Below, piece after piece: positions 8,814-18,804 of a stretch of 64,000 nucleotides of DNA. Source of the stretch: Patescibacteria group bacterium (GTDB lineage Bacteria > Patescibacteriota > Patescibacteriia > UBA10025 > JBIOWE01); assembly GCA_044868145.1 (NCBI GenBank), contig JBIOWE010000004.1, forward strand, positions 137,395 to 201,394, in the 5' to 3' direction. How positions within the stretch are numbered: position 1 is the stretch's first letter; the number at the start of each line of letters is the position of its first letter. The notes below the pieces were generated by a model, which was given only the letters and a program-made list of their open reading frames with translations, was not told the origin of the DNA and made no database searches. The position numbers and the translations under genes were made by a program.

Positions 8814-9194
8814 TTAATGTTTAAGACCTTTTCTTTTTATTGTCACGATGCTAGCTGCAAGTATGTTTGCAATTTCCTTAACTTCGCGAATGTATGAAGG
8901 GATATTATCAAAATCTTTTTTCCCTCGTATATCGTATAGTAGCTGCAGCCAAATTTCGGATTCATTGGCAGATTTGAGGGCATGATGCAGAAAATTGATA
9001 AAATCTTTTGTTGAACTCGCGGCTTGTGCCTCTGTGTAGTTAGCCAAAATACTTGTACTACTTCGGATAAGCTGGTCGACAATGTTTTTAGAAATGAGCT
9101 CCCGTGGTTGGCGATCAAGAAAACAAAGTAAGGAAACATTTAACGTATAAACCCTTTTCTGCAAGTCATTCTTAAAGGCGTAGTTACGGGTCAT
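8814..9194 (-). CDS. four-helix-bundle protein (23S rRNA intervening-sequence protein family)
   Basis: 126 aa. ...SILANYTEAQA... and overall helical composition match the TIGR02436-like family. Here it is free-standing, flanked by inverted copies of the T-rich motif array. Confidence 0.65.
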   Translation of the reverse strand: MTRNYAFKNDLQKRVYTLNVSLLCFLDRQPRELISKNIVDQLIRSSTSILANYTEAQAASSTKDFINFLHHALKSANESEIWLQLLYDIRGKKDFDNIPSYIREVKEIANILAASIVTIKRKGLKH

Positions 9195-9218
9195 TATTAT
9201 TGATCGTGAAGCGAAAAT

Positions 9219-9260
9219 TTGTAAAAGTTTTTACTTTTTAACTTTTCCTTTTTACTTTTC
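9219..9260 (+). repeat. T-rich motif array (third copy), directly followed by the GC-rich structured element
   Basis: tttttactttttaacttttcctttttacttttc. Inverted orientation relative to 8779-8813. Confidence 0.6.
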
Positions 9261-9261
9261 A

Positions 9262-9345
9262 GAGGGCCGGGGTGCCGCCCCAACTGCCGTTGAGCTTGCG
9301 CTCGCGGAACAATCAGAGCGGGCCTTCCCCGGTCGTCCAAAGTTT
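9262..9345. ncRNA. GC-rich structured element (candidate small RNA)
   Basis: ggccgggg (9263-9270) pairs with ccccggtc (9333-9340). Internal cgctc/gagcg hairpin. About 70% GC in an approximately 45% GC context. No identity assigned; SRP RNA was considered but not confirmed. Confidence 0.25.
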
Positions 9346-9372
9346 CTCATCATTATGCAAAAATTTATTCCC

Positions 9373-9402
9373 TTGACAGCGTCGAGGGGATTTTCGCATA
9401 AT
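9373..9402 (+). promoter_or_regulatory. sigma70-like promoter (TTGACA, 18 nt spacer, CATAAT)
   Basis: Near-consensus -35 with a good -10. Drives a plus-strand transcript that ends at the terminator near 9697-9738. Confidence 0.45.
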
Positions 9403-9696
9403 AATAAACAGCTTTGGAATAGCATCTCTGTGTTCAGCTTTTCCATCCTGCATGCCCTTCGTGGACATTCAGTGGGTGAAAAAGACAGCAGACGCGTGTT
9501 ATCTCCCAAAAACAGCTCCAGAAAAACAACCAATGTCCTCAAAAACGAAGGTTGTTTTTTTGGTTGATTTCAATTGTGAATCAACATTTTCTGGGCTTGC
9601 CCGCCAACTTTTTGCGCTTTCAGTCTCTGTGGCGTTTTTCGTAAAAGTAGGCGGGCTTGACACCAATTGTCTTCCGTTCTACCCTGCAGGTGTAGA

Positions 9697-9738
9697 ACGA
9701 CGACCGGCCCACGGTCGTTGTTCTCGTTTTGTTTGTTT
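9697..9738 (+). terminator. intrinsic terminator (cgacgacc-ggcccac-ggtcgttg plus T-rich tail)
   Basis: 8 bp stem with one G·U pair, then ttctcgttttgtttgttt. Confidence 0.5.
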
Positions 9739-9770
9739 AACCTTTCCCCAATATGAATCTCATACTAGGC

Positions 9771-10424
9771 TTATGCTGAAAAACTGTTGAGTATAGCTTC
9801 TAGAATGGCCTGATAGCGCATGTAGTTTTTTTCCAAAATGTACGTTTTGACTTCATAGACTTGTCCTCCATTCTCTGTAAACAAACTTATAAGACGATAG
9901 GTTTGTCCGCTATCGAACCGATGCTTACTGTCAACTGTAAACGCCAGTATTGAGCCGTTGTCCCGATTTGTGACAGTATATTGAAAACCGTTTTTTTCAC
10001 TTTCGGCAATTCTCTTATTCACCCAATCGCGTAGACTTTTTTCCGTCTGATTATAATAGGTAATATCAATATGTACGTCGGAACTGTGGTAATCCCGATC
10101 CATTGCAAAACCTAAGCTGCATGTACTTGGCAAGGACTGAATTGAAACGAGAGCAGCACCTTCACTCACAAACTCGCTGCCTACCCGACAGGAGCTCCAA
10201 GAATCAGGATAGTTGATGGAAAAATTCACTTGATCATGCGTAAAAGTAACGGACTTATACTGTTGCACATCGTTCACTTCTGCTGTATTTGCTTTGTTCG
10301 TTTTGGTATTTTGGCCATTGCCTCGCAAGAGAAAAAAATAACCCGCGGTCAGCAACCCAATAATCACAATGAAAATGATTATGGAAATAGTTCGTGTTGC
10401 ATTTTGTTGATTTGGTTCGTTCAT
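9771..10424 (-). CDS. hypothetical membrane-anchored protein
   Basis: N-terminal TM helix (ISIIIFIVIIGLLTAGYFFLL), then an extracellular domain. No motif recognised. Confidence 0.5.
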   Translation of the reverse strand: MNEPNQQNATRTISIIIFIVIIGLLTAGYFFLLRGNGQNTKTNKANTAEVNDVQQYKSVTFTHDQVNFSINYPDSWSSCRVGSEFVSEGAALVSIQSLPSTCSLGFAMDRDYHSSDVHIDITYYNQTEKSLRDWVNKRIAESEKNGFQYTVTNRDNGSILAFTVDSKHRFDSGQTYRLISLFTENGGQVYEVKTYILEKNYMRYQAILEAILNSFSA

Positions 10425-10529
10425 ATATTTTTTTAAATGATAGCGGGGGAAGAAGCATAAAATTGCTTCTCCCTCCGCCTATTAATGAATCAGGAAAGAC
10501 CCACGAATTTCCTGATTGAGTGAGGTGAC

Positions 10530-11282
10530 TTACGGTATAAGTGTACATACCTCATGCGCCCGATAGGCTCGGAATCCCCACGCGCTAAGTGTTGACCAAC
10601 TCATGGGGTGACGAGCAATGGCATAACTGTATACCATGACTCCGGAGCTATTGCGGTAGGTTCCGACCCAATTGGCGTCAATGACGTCTAGTCCCCAGCC
10701 GAGGTTCGCCACAACAATTGCCGTATGAGGACCACTTGGGCCATCCGCCTGAATGATCCAACCTGGTTGAGCGTTTCTTACGTCATAGCCAGGATTCCAG
10801 TAATACCCAGTTCTCAGAACAATATGCCCGCCTGGATAACCATACGATGATCGGTACAGAACGAGATTCACGAAGAACTTACACCAGCCACACTGTTGAT
10901 ACTGGCCTGCCCAAAGCCCGAGAGGACCCCGACAGGGCGGACAGTTAGAACCGTACGTATGAACCGTAACCTTTGTTAATGCATCGCAACAATCTCCCTG
11001 TAAGGGATATGGCCAATCGCTCATCGCGTAGCCCTGATACGTTTTACTCGAGCCACCCGATCGGCTTTGTGACAAGGCGTAAAATGCCTCGCTCACGATA
11101 TTCGCTTCCCATGCCGGGCCGACCGCGGACGTACTTGGAGACTGCACGTTTGGCTTCTCAATATACTGGGGTGTTTCTGGGCCTGTGATTTCTCGTGCGC
11201 CTTTCTGGTTACAACCGATAATAAATGCAAAAATGGACAATAACAGTCCAATCCAGGCTGCGCGAACTAGTGTACGTAACAT
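10530..11282 (-). CDS. lipoprotein with CHAP-like amidase/peptidase domain
   Basis: Lipobox (FIIGCNQ). QQCGWCKFFV and GGHIVLRTG resemble the CHAP Cys/His motifs. Confidence 0.5.
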   Translation of the reverse strand: MLRTLVRAAWIGLLLSIFAFIIGCNQKGAREITGPETPQYIEKPNVQSPSTSAVGPAWEANIVSEAFYALSQSRSGGSSKTYQGYAMSDWPYPLQGDCCDALTKVTVHTYGSNCPPCRGPLGLWAGQYQQCGWCKFFVNLVLYRSSYGYPGGHIVLRTGYYWNPGYDVRNAQPGWIIQADGPSGPHTAIVVANLGWGLDVIDANWVGTYRNSSGVMVYSYAIARHPMSWSTLSAWGFRAYRAHEVCTLIP

Positions 11283-11643
11283 GATAATCCTCCTTATCTG
11301 ATTGTTCTTTGGTTACAGTTTTAACCTCTTTGCAGCAGATCCTTCAACATCTACCACCTCACTTTCTTTGTAAAGAACGCTTTACTCGTTACTTTTCCAC
11401 ACTCATGATTATTTAATAACTGACTTATCCTCTTTTTTCTTCGCTGCCATCTTCCGCGACGGCTTACTGCTTTGACTAAACGGCGCAACTGATACTCAGC
11501 AAATTTTTCTTCATGCGCCGTCGCAATCGTTCGACTATCACCACTATTTATACTTTAATTTTAGCAAAAAAATGACGGTCTGAACAGACGTCAAATCATA
11601 AAACTTGCGTCATCTGTTTTGAGAGGATATGCTACAACTGCTT

Positions 11644-11667
11644 GCCGGGGTGGTGAAATTGGCAGAC
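11644..11667 (+). pseudogene. tRNA-like 5-prime fragment (acceptor 5-prime strand plus D-arm)
   Basis: GCCGGGGTGGTGAAATTGGCAGAC resembles the tRNA-Leu 5-prime end. No matching 3-prime acceptor strand follows it. The flank 11668-11686 is complementary to 11827-11850. Confidence 0.3.
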
Positions 11668-11728
11668 CTGCCCGCCGAACTTGCCCAACCAATGTTTATC
11701 TCAAAAATAATCTTTTTTATTAATAAAT

Positions 11729-11811
11729 GCCGAGGTGGCGGAACGGTATACGCGCTAGCCTTAGGAGCTAGTGTCCGCAAGGATGTGTGGGTTCAAATCC
11801 CACCCTCGGCA
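11729..11811 (+). tRNA. tRNA-Leu(TAG)
   Basis: Acceptor GCCGAGG/CCTCGGC, anticodon stem CTAGC/GCTAG with loop CTTAGGA, long variable arm TCCGCAAGGA, T-arm GTGGGTTCAAATCCCAC, discriminator A. CCA is not encoded. Confidence 0.85.
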
Positions 11812-11847
11812 TAAAGATAAGCCCCTCAGTTCGGCAAGGCAGGCGGG

Positions 11848-11908
11848 CACGCTAGGTTTAGGACCTAGTGCTCGCAAGAGCTTGGAGGTTCGACTCCGGC
11901 CGGCGGCA
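11848..11908 (+). pseudogene. tRNA-Leu-like 3-prime fragment (anticodon arm TAG, variable arm, degenerate T-arm)
   Basis: CTAGG-TTTAGGA-CCTAG anticodon arm, GCTC-GCAA-GAGC variable arm, and a GGTTCGACTCC T-loop. The T-stem and acceptor strands do not pair canonically. Confidence 0.3.
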
Positions 11909-11984
11909 ATTGGGGTTCACCTGCCCACCGAAACATCGTGGAGGCGGGGAGTCCTCTCCCAGGCACCAAAACTAACTCAATCAT

Positions 11985-12923
11985 ATGAAATCAGCACAAA
12001 TCATTAGATACGGAGGCGGTGAAGTTGTGGAGATTAATAACAATGTGCTGAAGCCCGTGGCTTCCAAAGGAGAGATTGTGGTTGAAGTATATGCCGCAGG
12101 AGTGAATCCCTCTGACTGGAAAATCCGTCAAGGATTGATGAGTAAAATGATATCGTTGCAATTTCCCGCAACCTTGGGGGGAGATTTCTCAGGAGTGGTC
12201 TCGGAAACGGGCTCTGGAGTTACGACAGTTCACAAAGGTGAGGAAGTATACGGACGAGCTAGCTTCTTGCGTGGCGGTTCAGGATCGTTTGCGGAATATA
12301 CTCTTGCAAAGGCAGCATCTGTGGCCATAAAACCTAAAAATCTTAGCCATGAAGAAGCGGCCGGTTTGCCCTTGGCAGGAGTGAGTGCGGTCCAAGCATT
12401 GTTGGAACACGTAAAACTTGGAAAAAGGCAAAAGATTCTTATTCATGGCGGCGCGGGAGGAATTGGGACGTTTGCTGTTCAGATCGCGAAGCATCTCGGT
12501 GCGACCGTGGCGGCTACTTCCAGCGCGGAAGATGCCGAATATGTAAAAAAGTTAGACGCAGATCAAGTTATTGACTACAAGTCTCAAAAATTTGAAGAGA
12601 GCGTAAAAGATTTAGACGTCGTCTTTGATACTGTGGGCGGCGAAACCTATGCCCGTTCTTTTTCAGTTCTTAAAAAAGGCGGCGTGATCGTTTCCATGGG
12701 AGAACAACCCAACCAAAAGCTTATGAAAAAATACGGAGTCAATGCAATTTCTCAGTTTACCCAGATGACCAGAGAGCGGCTTGAAAAATTAACGGAATTG
12801 GTTGAACAAGGTGTGGTGAAGGTACATATCGACAAAGTTTTTTCTTTGGATGAAACGGCCGAAGCCCTCAATTATCTTGAGGCAGGGAAACCGAAAGGCA
12901 AAGTGGTAATCAGAGTTAAATAG
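11985..12923 (+). CDS. NADPH:quinone reductase / zinc-type alcohol dehydrogenase-like oxidoreductase
   Basis: MDR-superfamily layout. GGAGGIGTFAVQIAK is the Rossmann motif. 312 aa. Confidence 0.8.
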   Translation: MKSAQIIRYGGGEVVEINNNVLKPVASKGEIVVEVYAAGVNPSDWKIRQGLMSKMISLQFPATLGGDFSGVVSETGSGVTTVHKGEEVYGRASFLRGGSGSFAEYTLAKAASVAIKPKNLSHEEAAGLPLAGVSAVQALLEHVKLGKRQKILIHGGAGGIGTFAVQIAKHLGATVAATSSAEDAEYVKKLDADQVIDYKSQKFEESVKDLDVVFDTVGGETYARSFSVLKKGGVIVSMGEQPNQKLMKKYGVNAISQFTQMTRERLEKLTELVEQGVVKVHIDKVFSLDETAEALNYLEAGKPKGKVVIRVK

Positions 12924-12925
12924 CG

Positions 12926-12960
12926 CGCCACATTACATGGTGCGCTATTTACTTTTGTTG
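12926..12960. terminator. bidirectional intrinsic terminator between convergent genes
   Basis: tagcgcgccac-attacat-ggtgcgcta stem, then tttactttt. Confidence 0.5.
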
Positions 12961-12983
12961 CAAATTTTATAATTGAAATTTAA

Positions 12984-13520
12984 CTATTGCTCTTCGATCG
13001 TCCGCTCAATCTCCTCTGGTTTTGTAGGTTTGCCGAACTGCAAAAGTTTCATAATACCCCATACCAAAAGGACGTAGATGACCATCGCAACGAGAGTTGA
13101 CCACTCTATATACGCCGTCGTCTCAGCGCCCGGTCCAATTGTGGGACTAAAGAGGCCGAGGAAAGGTCCGACGAACGGGTGGCTCAACGAATACATAAAG
13201 TCAGCGAAGCCACTTTCGGGATTCGCACCCGCCATTTTCAAAATGAAACGGATGGCTAACACAATTTCCACAAAACCAAGCAGATACCAAAGAATCTGAT
13301 ACGTACGAAAAAGTTTTTTCTTCCGAGAAAACTCGCGAGCAGAGGCTGGAGAGGCGCCGGCCATTGAAACTTTTTTCACAACTTCTCCAGTTGGCGTTTG
13401 TGAAACCGTCGTTCTTTCCTCCATTGTTTCTGTCGGCGTCTCGGTCGCGCGACGGTAGAGAGAACCGCCTTTCTCACGGACTGTTTCCTCTTCGGACTGG
13501 GTTCGCTGACGTGGATCCAT
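12984..13520 (-). CDS. YggT-like membrane protein
   Basis: Polar Thr/Glu-rich N-terminus, then hydrophobic helices with a YQILWYLLGFVEIVLAIRFILK pattern typical of the YggT/Ycf19 family. Confidence 0.45.
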   Translation of the reverse strand: MDPRQRTQSEEETVREKGGSLYRRATETPTETMEERTTVSQTPTGEVVKKVSMAGASPASAREFSRKKKLFRTYQILWYLLGFVEIVLAIRFILKMAGANPESGFADFMYSLSHPFVGPFLGLFSPTIGPGAETTAYIEWSTLVAMVIYVLLVWGIMKLLQFGKPTKPEEIERTIEEQ

Positions 13521-13642
13521 ACATGTAAAAGTTAATAATAAGTGGTTGTCCTTTAGCTCTTATTACTATACATTTTTGCTCTTTTTCTTACAACGCCCGA
13601 GTAACCATACCGTTACGGCAAACCTGGGAAAAGAATGAGCCC

Positions 13643-13671
13643 TTGACGCCTCGCCTTTATTGGTTTATAAT
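13643..13671 (+). promoter_or_regulatory. rRNA operon promoter (TTGACG, 17 nt spacer, TATAAT)
   Basis: Near-consensus sigma70 promoter about 300 nt upstream of the 23S 5-prime processing stem. Confidence 0.6.
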
Positions 13672-15355
13672 AGAGAACGCTAGAAAAACCTTAATTCACA
13701 CGTGACCAATATGCAGGCAAAAAATCTCTCTATGAACACAAAAAGCGGGTAAAACGCCCTTCTTATCCTATTCGAGCGTTGTCCCGCTTGCAGCGGGATT
13801 TTTTGTACATTACAACTGAAGAGAATGTCATCAGACAAGGGCGAAAGGCGCCTGTGTGTGATGAGATTCTGCTCGAACGTTAACAATTGAATGTTAGTTA
13901 GTAAAGTGGTAAATGAGCATCAAGTAAATACAACTGGAGCGCGAACTGTTTCGTGTTTCAGTGATTGCAACAAATAAGAGTGTATGGTGGATGCCTTGAC
14001 GTCAAAAGACGACGAAGGACGTCGGAGCCTGCGAAAAGCCTCGGTGAGGTGGCAACCAACCTTTGACCCGGGGATGTCCGAATGGGGAAACCCTCTGCAT
14101 ACGCGCAAGCGTTATGCTGAACTGTGTTCCGAATACATAGGAGCATGGAGTCAACCCGCTGAAGTGAAACATCTCAGTAAGCGGAGGAAAAGAAACGAAC
14201 AGTCAGTTTTCAGTATCCAGTTTTCCGTTTTTAGTGCAAACTGATCACCGACGACTGGTACCTGAAGGCTGAATCATTCCCTTAGTAGTGGCGAGCGAAC
14301 AGGGAACAGCCTAAATCCTTCTTGCGTACTTTCGTGCCAGCAATGGTGCGGGAGGGAGAAGCGTAAGCTGCTGTAGGAAGGACGTTGCGAGAAAGTTATT
14401 CTTTGGATCTTACGAGTCCGAGGCGAAGTGAGGGGAGTTCTTCTTCTGTGTGCGAACGTTTCGCGCAGGAGAAGCATTCCTGTATCTCTTAGTCGAAAGC
14501 GCTGGAATACGCTGCCAAAGACGGTGAAAGCCCAGTAGACGAAAAGAGGATACTCTTTGCGATAATTTTCTCAAGTACCATGGGACACGTGAAATCCTAT
14601 GGGAACCCGCCCCGACTATCGGGGCAAGGCTAAATACTTTTGACGATCGATAGCGAACAAGTACCGTGAGGGAAAGGTGAAAAGCACCCCGGTAAGGGGA
14701 ATGAAATAGTACCTGAAACCATATACTTACAAGCAGTCGGAGCCCGCTCTACTTTTCTCTGTACCGAATCGAATTTCTTCTGTATCTCTAAAGAGTTATG
14801 AATGAATCGATGAAAAGTCATACAAGGTAAAGAGAAAATATGAGCGGGTGACGGCGTGCCTATTGAAGAATGAGCCAACGAGTTAGTCCTCGCAAGCGCG
14901 ATTAATCCGCCATCGGCGGAGGAGTCATAGGGAAACCGAGTCAATGAAGGCGCCAAACGTTTGCGGGGCTAGACCCGAAACCAGGTGATCAATCCATGGC
15001 CAGGATGAACCCCGATGAAAATCGGGGGGAGGTCCGAACCCACTCGCCGTGCAACACGAGGGGATGAGCCGTGGATAGCGGAGAAATTCCAATCGAACCT
15101 GGTGATAGCTGGTTCTCCTCGAAATAGTTTTAGGACTAGCCTCTCTTAATTAACGCCCAGGGGTAGAGCACTGAATGGAACTGGATGGAGCAATCCTACT
15201 AGTTCCAACCAAACTCCGAATACTGGGTGGTTCGACAGAGGGAGTCAGACCGTGAGGGCTAAGCTTCACTGGTCTCAAGGGGAAGAGCCCATGACCTCCA
15301 TCTAAGGTCCCGAAATTCCGGTTCAGTGGTAAAGGTAGTGAGATGACTTCGACAA

Positions 15356-15386
<31 letters not shown>

Positions 15387-16237
15387 TAAAGAAAGCGTAA
15401 CAGCTCACTGGTCAAGTCGTCTTGCATCGAAAATGTAACGGGGCTTAAACCGGATACCGAAGATGAGGATTTCCCGTCATATTTATATGATGGGGAGTGG
15501 TAGAGGAGCGTTCCCATTGCGGCGAAGCTGAACCGTAAGGTTTGGTGGAGCGATGGGAAGTGAGAATGTTGGCATAAGTAGCACTAATCCCGATGAGAAC
15601 TCGGGACACCGTAAACCTAAGGTTTCCTGGGCAACAACAATTGTCCCAGGGTTAGTCGGTCCTAAGGTGAGCCCCGCTTTGCGGGGGTAGCCGATGGACA
15701 GCTGGTTAATATTCCAGCACCGTCTTTTTTCTTGCGCATGGTAGACGCATGCGCGCAGTGCCTGCGTGTTCTGGCTATACGCGTCCCTGGCTTGCGTTAA
15801 CTCGTGAGTTGGGGGAAGGGTGCGTCGCAAGGCAAACCCAATGGGCGCACAGTGCGTGCCAAGAAAATATTATGCGTGCCCGCAGCAATGTGGGCGCGGA
15901 GAAAGATGTCCGTACCGCAAACCGACACAGGTAGGTGGGCATAGATGTGCTCAGGTGAACGAGAGAACCTTCGTTCAGGAACTCGGCAAAAAAGCGGCCG
16001 TAACTTCGGTATATGGCCTGCCCATGAGCGCAAGCTCTATGGGCCGCAGCAAACGTTTCTCAAGCGACTGTTTATCAAAAACACAGGTCCCTGCGAAATC
16101 GAAAGATGATGTATAGGGGCTGATGCCTGGCCAGTGTCAGAACGTTAAGGTGAGAGGTGCAAGCCTTGAACTGAAGCGCTGACGAACGCCGGCGGTAACT
16201 ATAACCGTCCTAAGGTAGCGAAATTCCTTGTCGGGTG

Positions 16238-16269
<32 letters not shown>

Positions 16270-16832
16270 GAGAACTGTCTTAACGAAGGACTCGGTGAAA
16301 TTACAAGACGAGTGAAGATGCTCGTTACCCACGGCTAGACGAAAAGACCCCGTGAAGCTTTACTACAGCTTGGCATTGATGTAGCGTTGAACGCGCTTAG
16401 CATACGTGGGAGACTTTGATGATTCGCTCTCGGGCGAATCGGAGTCGCCAGTGAAATACCACGCACGGTTAGCACTACGTCTCATCCCTCGCCCTAGAAT
16501 AACGGGCTGGGAGACAGTGTCTGGTGGGTAGTTTAACTGGGGCGGTTGCCTCCTAAAAAGTAACGGAGGCGTTTACAAAGGTTGGCTAAGCACGGATGGA
16601 AATCGTGCTGATAGGGCAAAGCCATAAGCCAGCTTTACTGCAAGACCAACAAGTCGAGCAGTTGCGAAAGCAGAACTTAGTGATCCGACCGTGTCAGGCT
16701 TATAGCTCGTAGTGCGTACAATCCGTGCGCGCTGCCGCTATAAGCCGTTCGAAATAGGACGGCGGAAGCTCAACGGATAAAAGCTACTCCGGGGATAACA
16801 GGCTGATCTCCTCCAAGAGTCCATATCGACGA

Positions 16833-17616
<784 letters not shown>

Positions 17617-17696
17617 GAAGGTCGAGCTCCCAAGGGTTTGGCTGTTCGCCAATTAAAGCGGTACGTGAGCTGGGTTCAGAACGTCGTGAGACAGTA

Positions 17697-17988
17697 GACA
17701 TTTTTGGCTAATATTAGCTAAATAAACGAGCTGTCGATAAACTTGGCTATTTGCGAGAACGTCTGAGTATCCTTAATCTACTTCAAGAATGAAGTAACAA
17801 TGGTAAGGTGCAGATAACTTGCAGGAAAGGCTCTGCTACATATAGTAGTAGAGAATCCTCAGAGACTATACGCCAAGCTCACCCGATAAGGTGAGAAGAC
17901 ATAGTCCGATCTTCTAAAGCGATTTAGAGTGTTTAATAGAAATATTAAACCGTATAATTTGCATGTGCAGTTATATGTAACATATATG
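17697..17988 (+). mobile_element. ORF-less group I intron in 23S at the position equivalent to E. coli 2593
   Basis: The exon reads ...CGTCGTGAGACAGT | 292 nt AT-rich insert ending in G | TCGGTCTCCTATCTGCCGTGGGCG. The upstream exon ends in T and the insert ends in G, as expected for group I. Confidence 0.65.
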
Positions 17989-18414
17989 TCGGTCTCCTAT
18001 CTGCCGTGGGCGTTTAAGACTTGAGGATATTCTTCCCTAGTACGAGAGGACCGGGAAGAACGAACCTCTGGTGTATGAGCTGTTCCGCCAGGAGCATAAG
18101 CTCAGTAGCCACGTTCGGTGGGATAAGCGCTGAAAGCATATAAGCGCGAAGCCCTTTCTAAGATGAGGTCTTATGGCTTCCTTGGAGAATACAAGGTTGA
18201 TAGGCTTCAGGTGAAAGATCCGTAAGGATTTAAGCCGAGAAGTACTAATTGAGCCATCGTTGCAATCACTGATAGACGAAATAGTGTATTTAAATCAAAA
18301 GATGCCGGGGTGGGGTGGCGCAGCCACCCCCTCCCCATCTGGTGATTTTCGTCACGTAAAGTCGCCTATGCGGCGACCACGTGACTCCACACAGGTACAA
18401 TGTTCAATGCAGAG

Positions 18415-18533
18415 CTCCGGGTGTTTTGAGCGACTGGGCCACACCCGTTCCCATCCCGAACACGATCGTTAAGCCAGTCAGCGCCGATGATACTATGACG
18501 CATGTCATTGGGAAAGTAGGCCGATGCCCGGTG
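18415..18533 (+). rRNA. rrf: 5S ribosomal RNA
   Basis: CACACCCGTTCCCATCCCGAACACG...GTTAAGCC...AGCGCCGATG...GGGAAAGTAGG is the conserved 5S core. Helix I is CCGGG/CCCGG. Confidence 0.85.
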
Positions 18534-18543
18534 CTTTGCATTG

Positions 18544-18580
18544 AAAACTCCTCAATAACGAGGAGTTTTTCTTTTAAACT
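18544..18580 (+). terminator. rRNA operon terminator
   Basis: aaaactcctc-aataac-gaggagtttt, then tctttt. Confidence 0.65.
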
Positions 18581-18740
18581 AGAGACAAAAAGAGGGGTCC
18601 CCACGTATTGGATGCGCAGTGAAGCGAGCACCAATACGTGGGGAAAGGGGCGCGCGTGCGGAGGCTGGAGCGAAGCCGACAACTTCGGATACGCGCAAGC
18701 TGGAGCACGCGATGACCCGCAGGCCGTTGCCAGAATTGCC

Positions 18741-18777
18741 AAAAGTCGCTTTCATGTATGAAAGCGACTTTTGATTT
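18741..18777. terminator. strong bidirectional hairpin terminator
   Basis: aaaagtcgctttcat-gta-tgaaagcgactttt, a 15 bp perfect stem flanked by A and T runs. Confidence 0.55.
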
Positions 18778-18804
18778 TAGAAGGCGAATGGTACACTACA
18801 AGAT

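Noticed and set aside
9262-9345. Possible SRP (4.5S) RNA
   Set aside because: The minus-strand sequence CCGGGGAAGGCCCGC only loosely resembles the domain IV GGAA-tetraloop motif, the helix around it does not form, and the length is short. Left as an unassigned structured element.
9410-9740. tmRNA or RNase P RNA
   Set aside because: No tRNA-like acceptor/T-arm ends, no tag-peptide reading frame ending in AA-stop, and none of the conserved RNase P CR-I/CR-V (AGGAAAGTCCGGGC) sequences are present.
9252-9790. ORFs 9252-9542 (minus), 9355-9567 (plus) and 9452-9790 (plus)
   Set aside because: They span the GC-rich structured element, the promoter and the hairpin-rich transcript. Composition is atypical. 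They are treated as a non-coding candidate region instead; the last ORF is kept only as an alternative in the findings.
11629-12007. ORFs 11629-11814 and 11771-12007
   Set aside because: They overlap the tRNA-Leu gene and the tRNA-like fragments. No coding signal.
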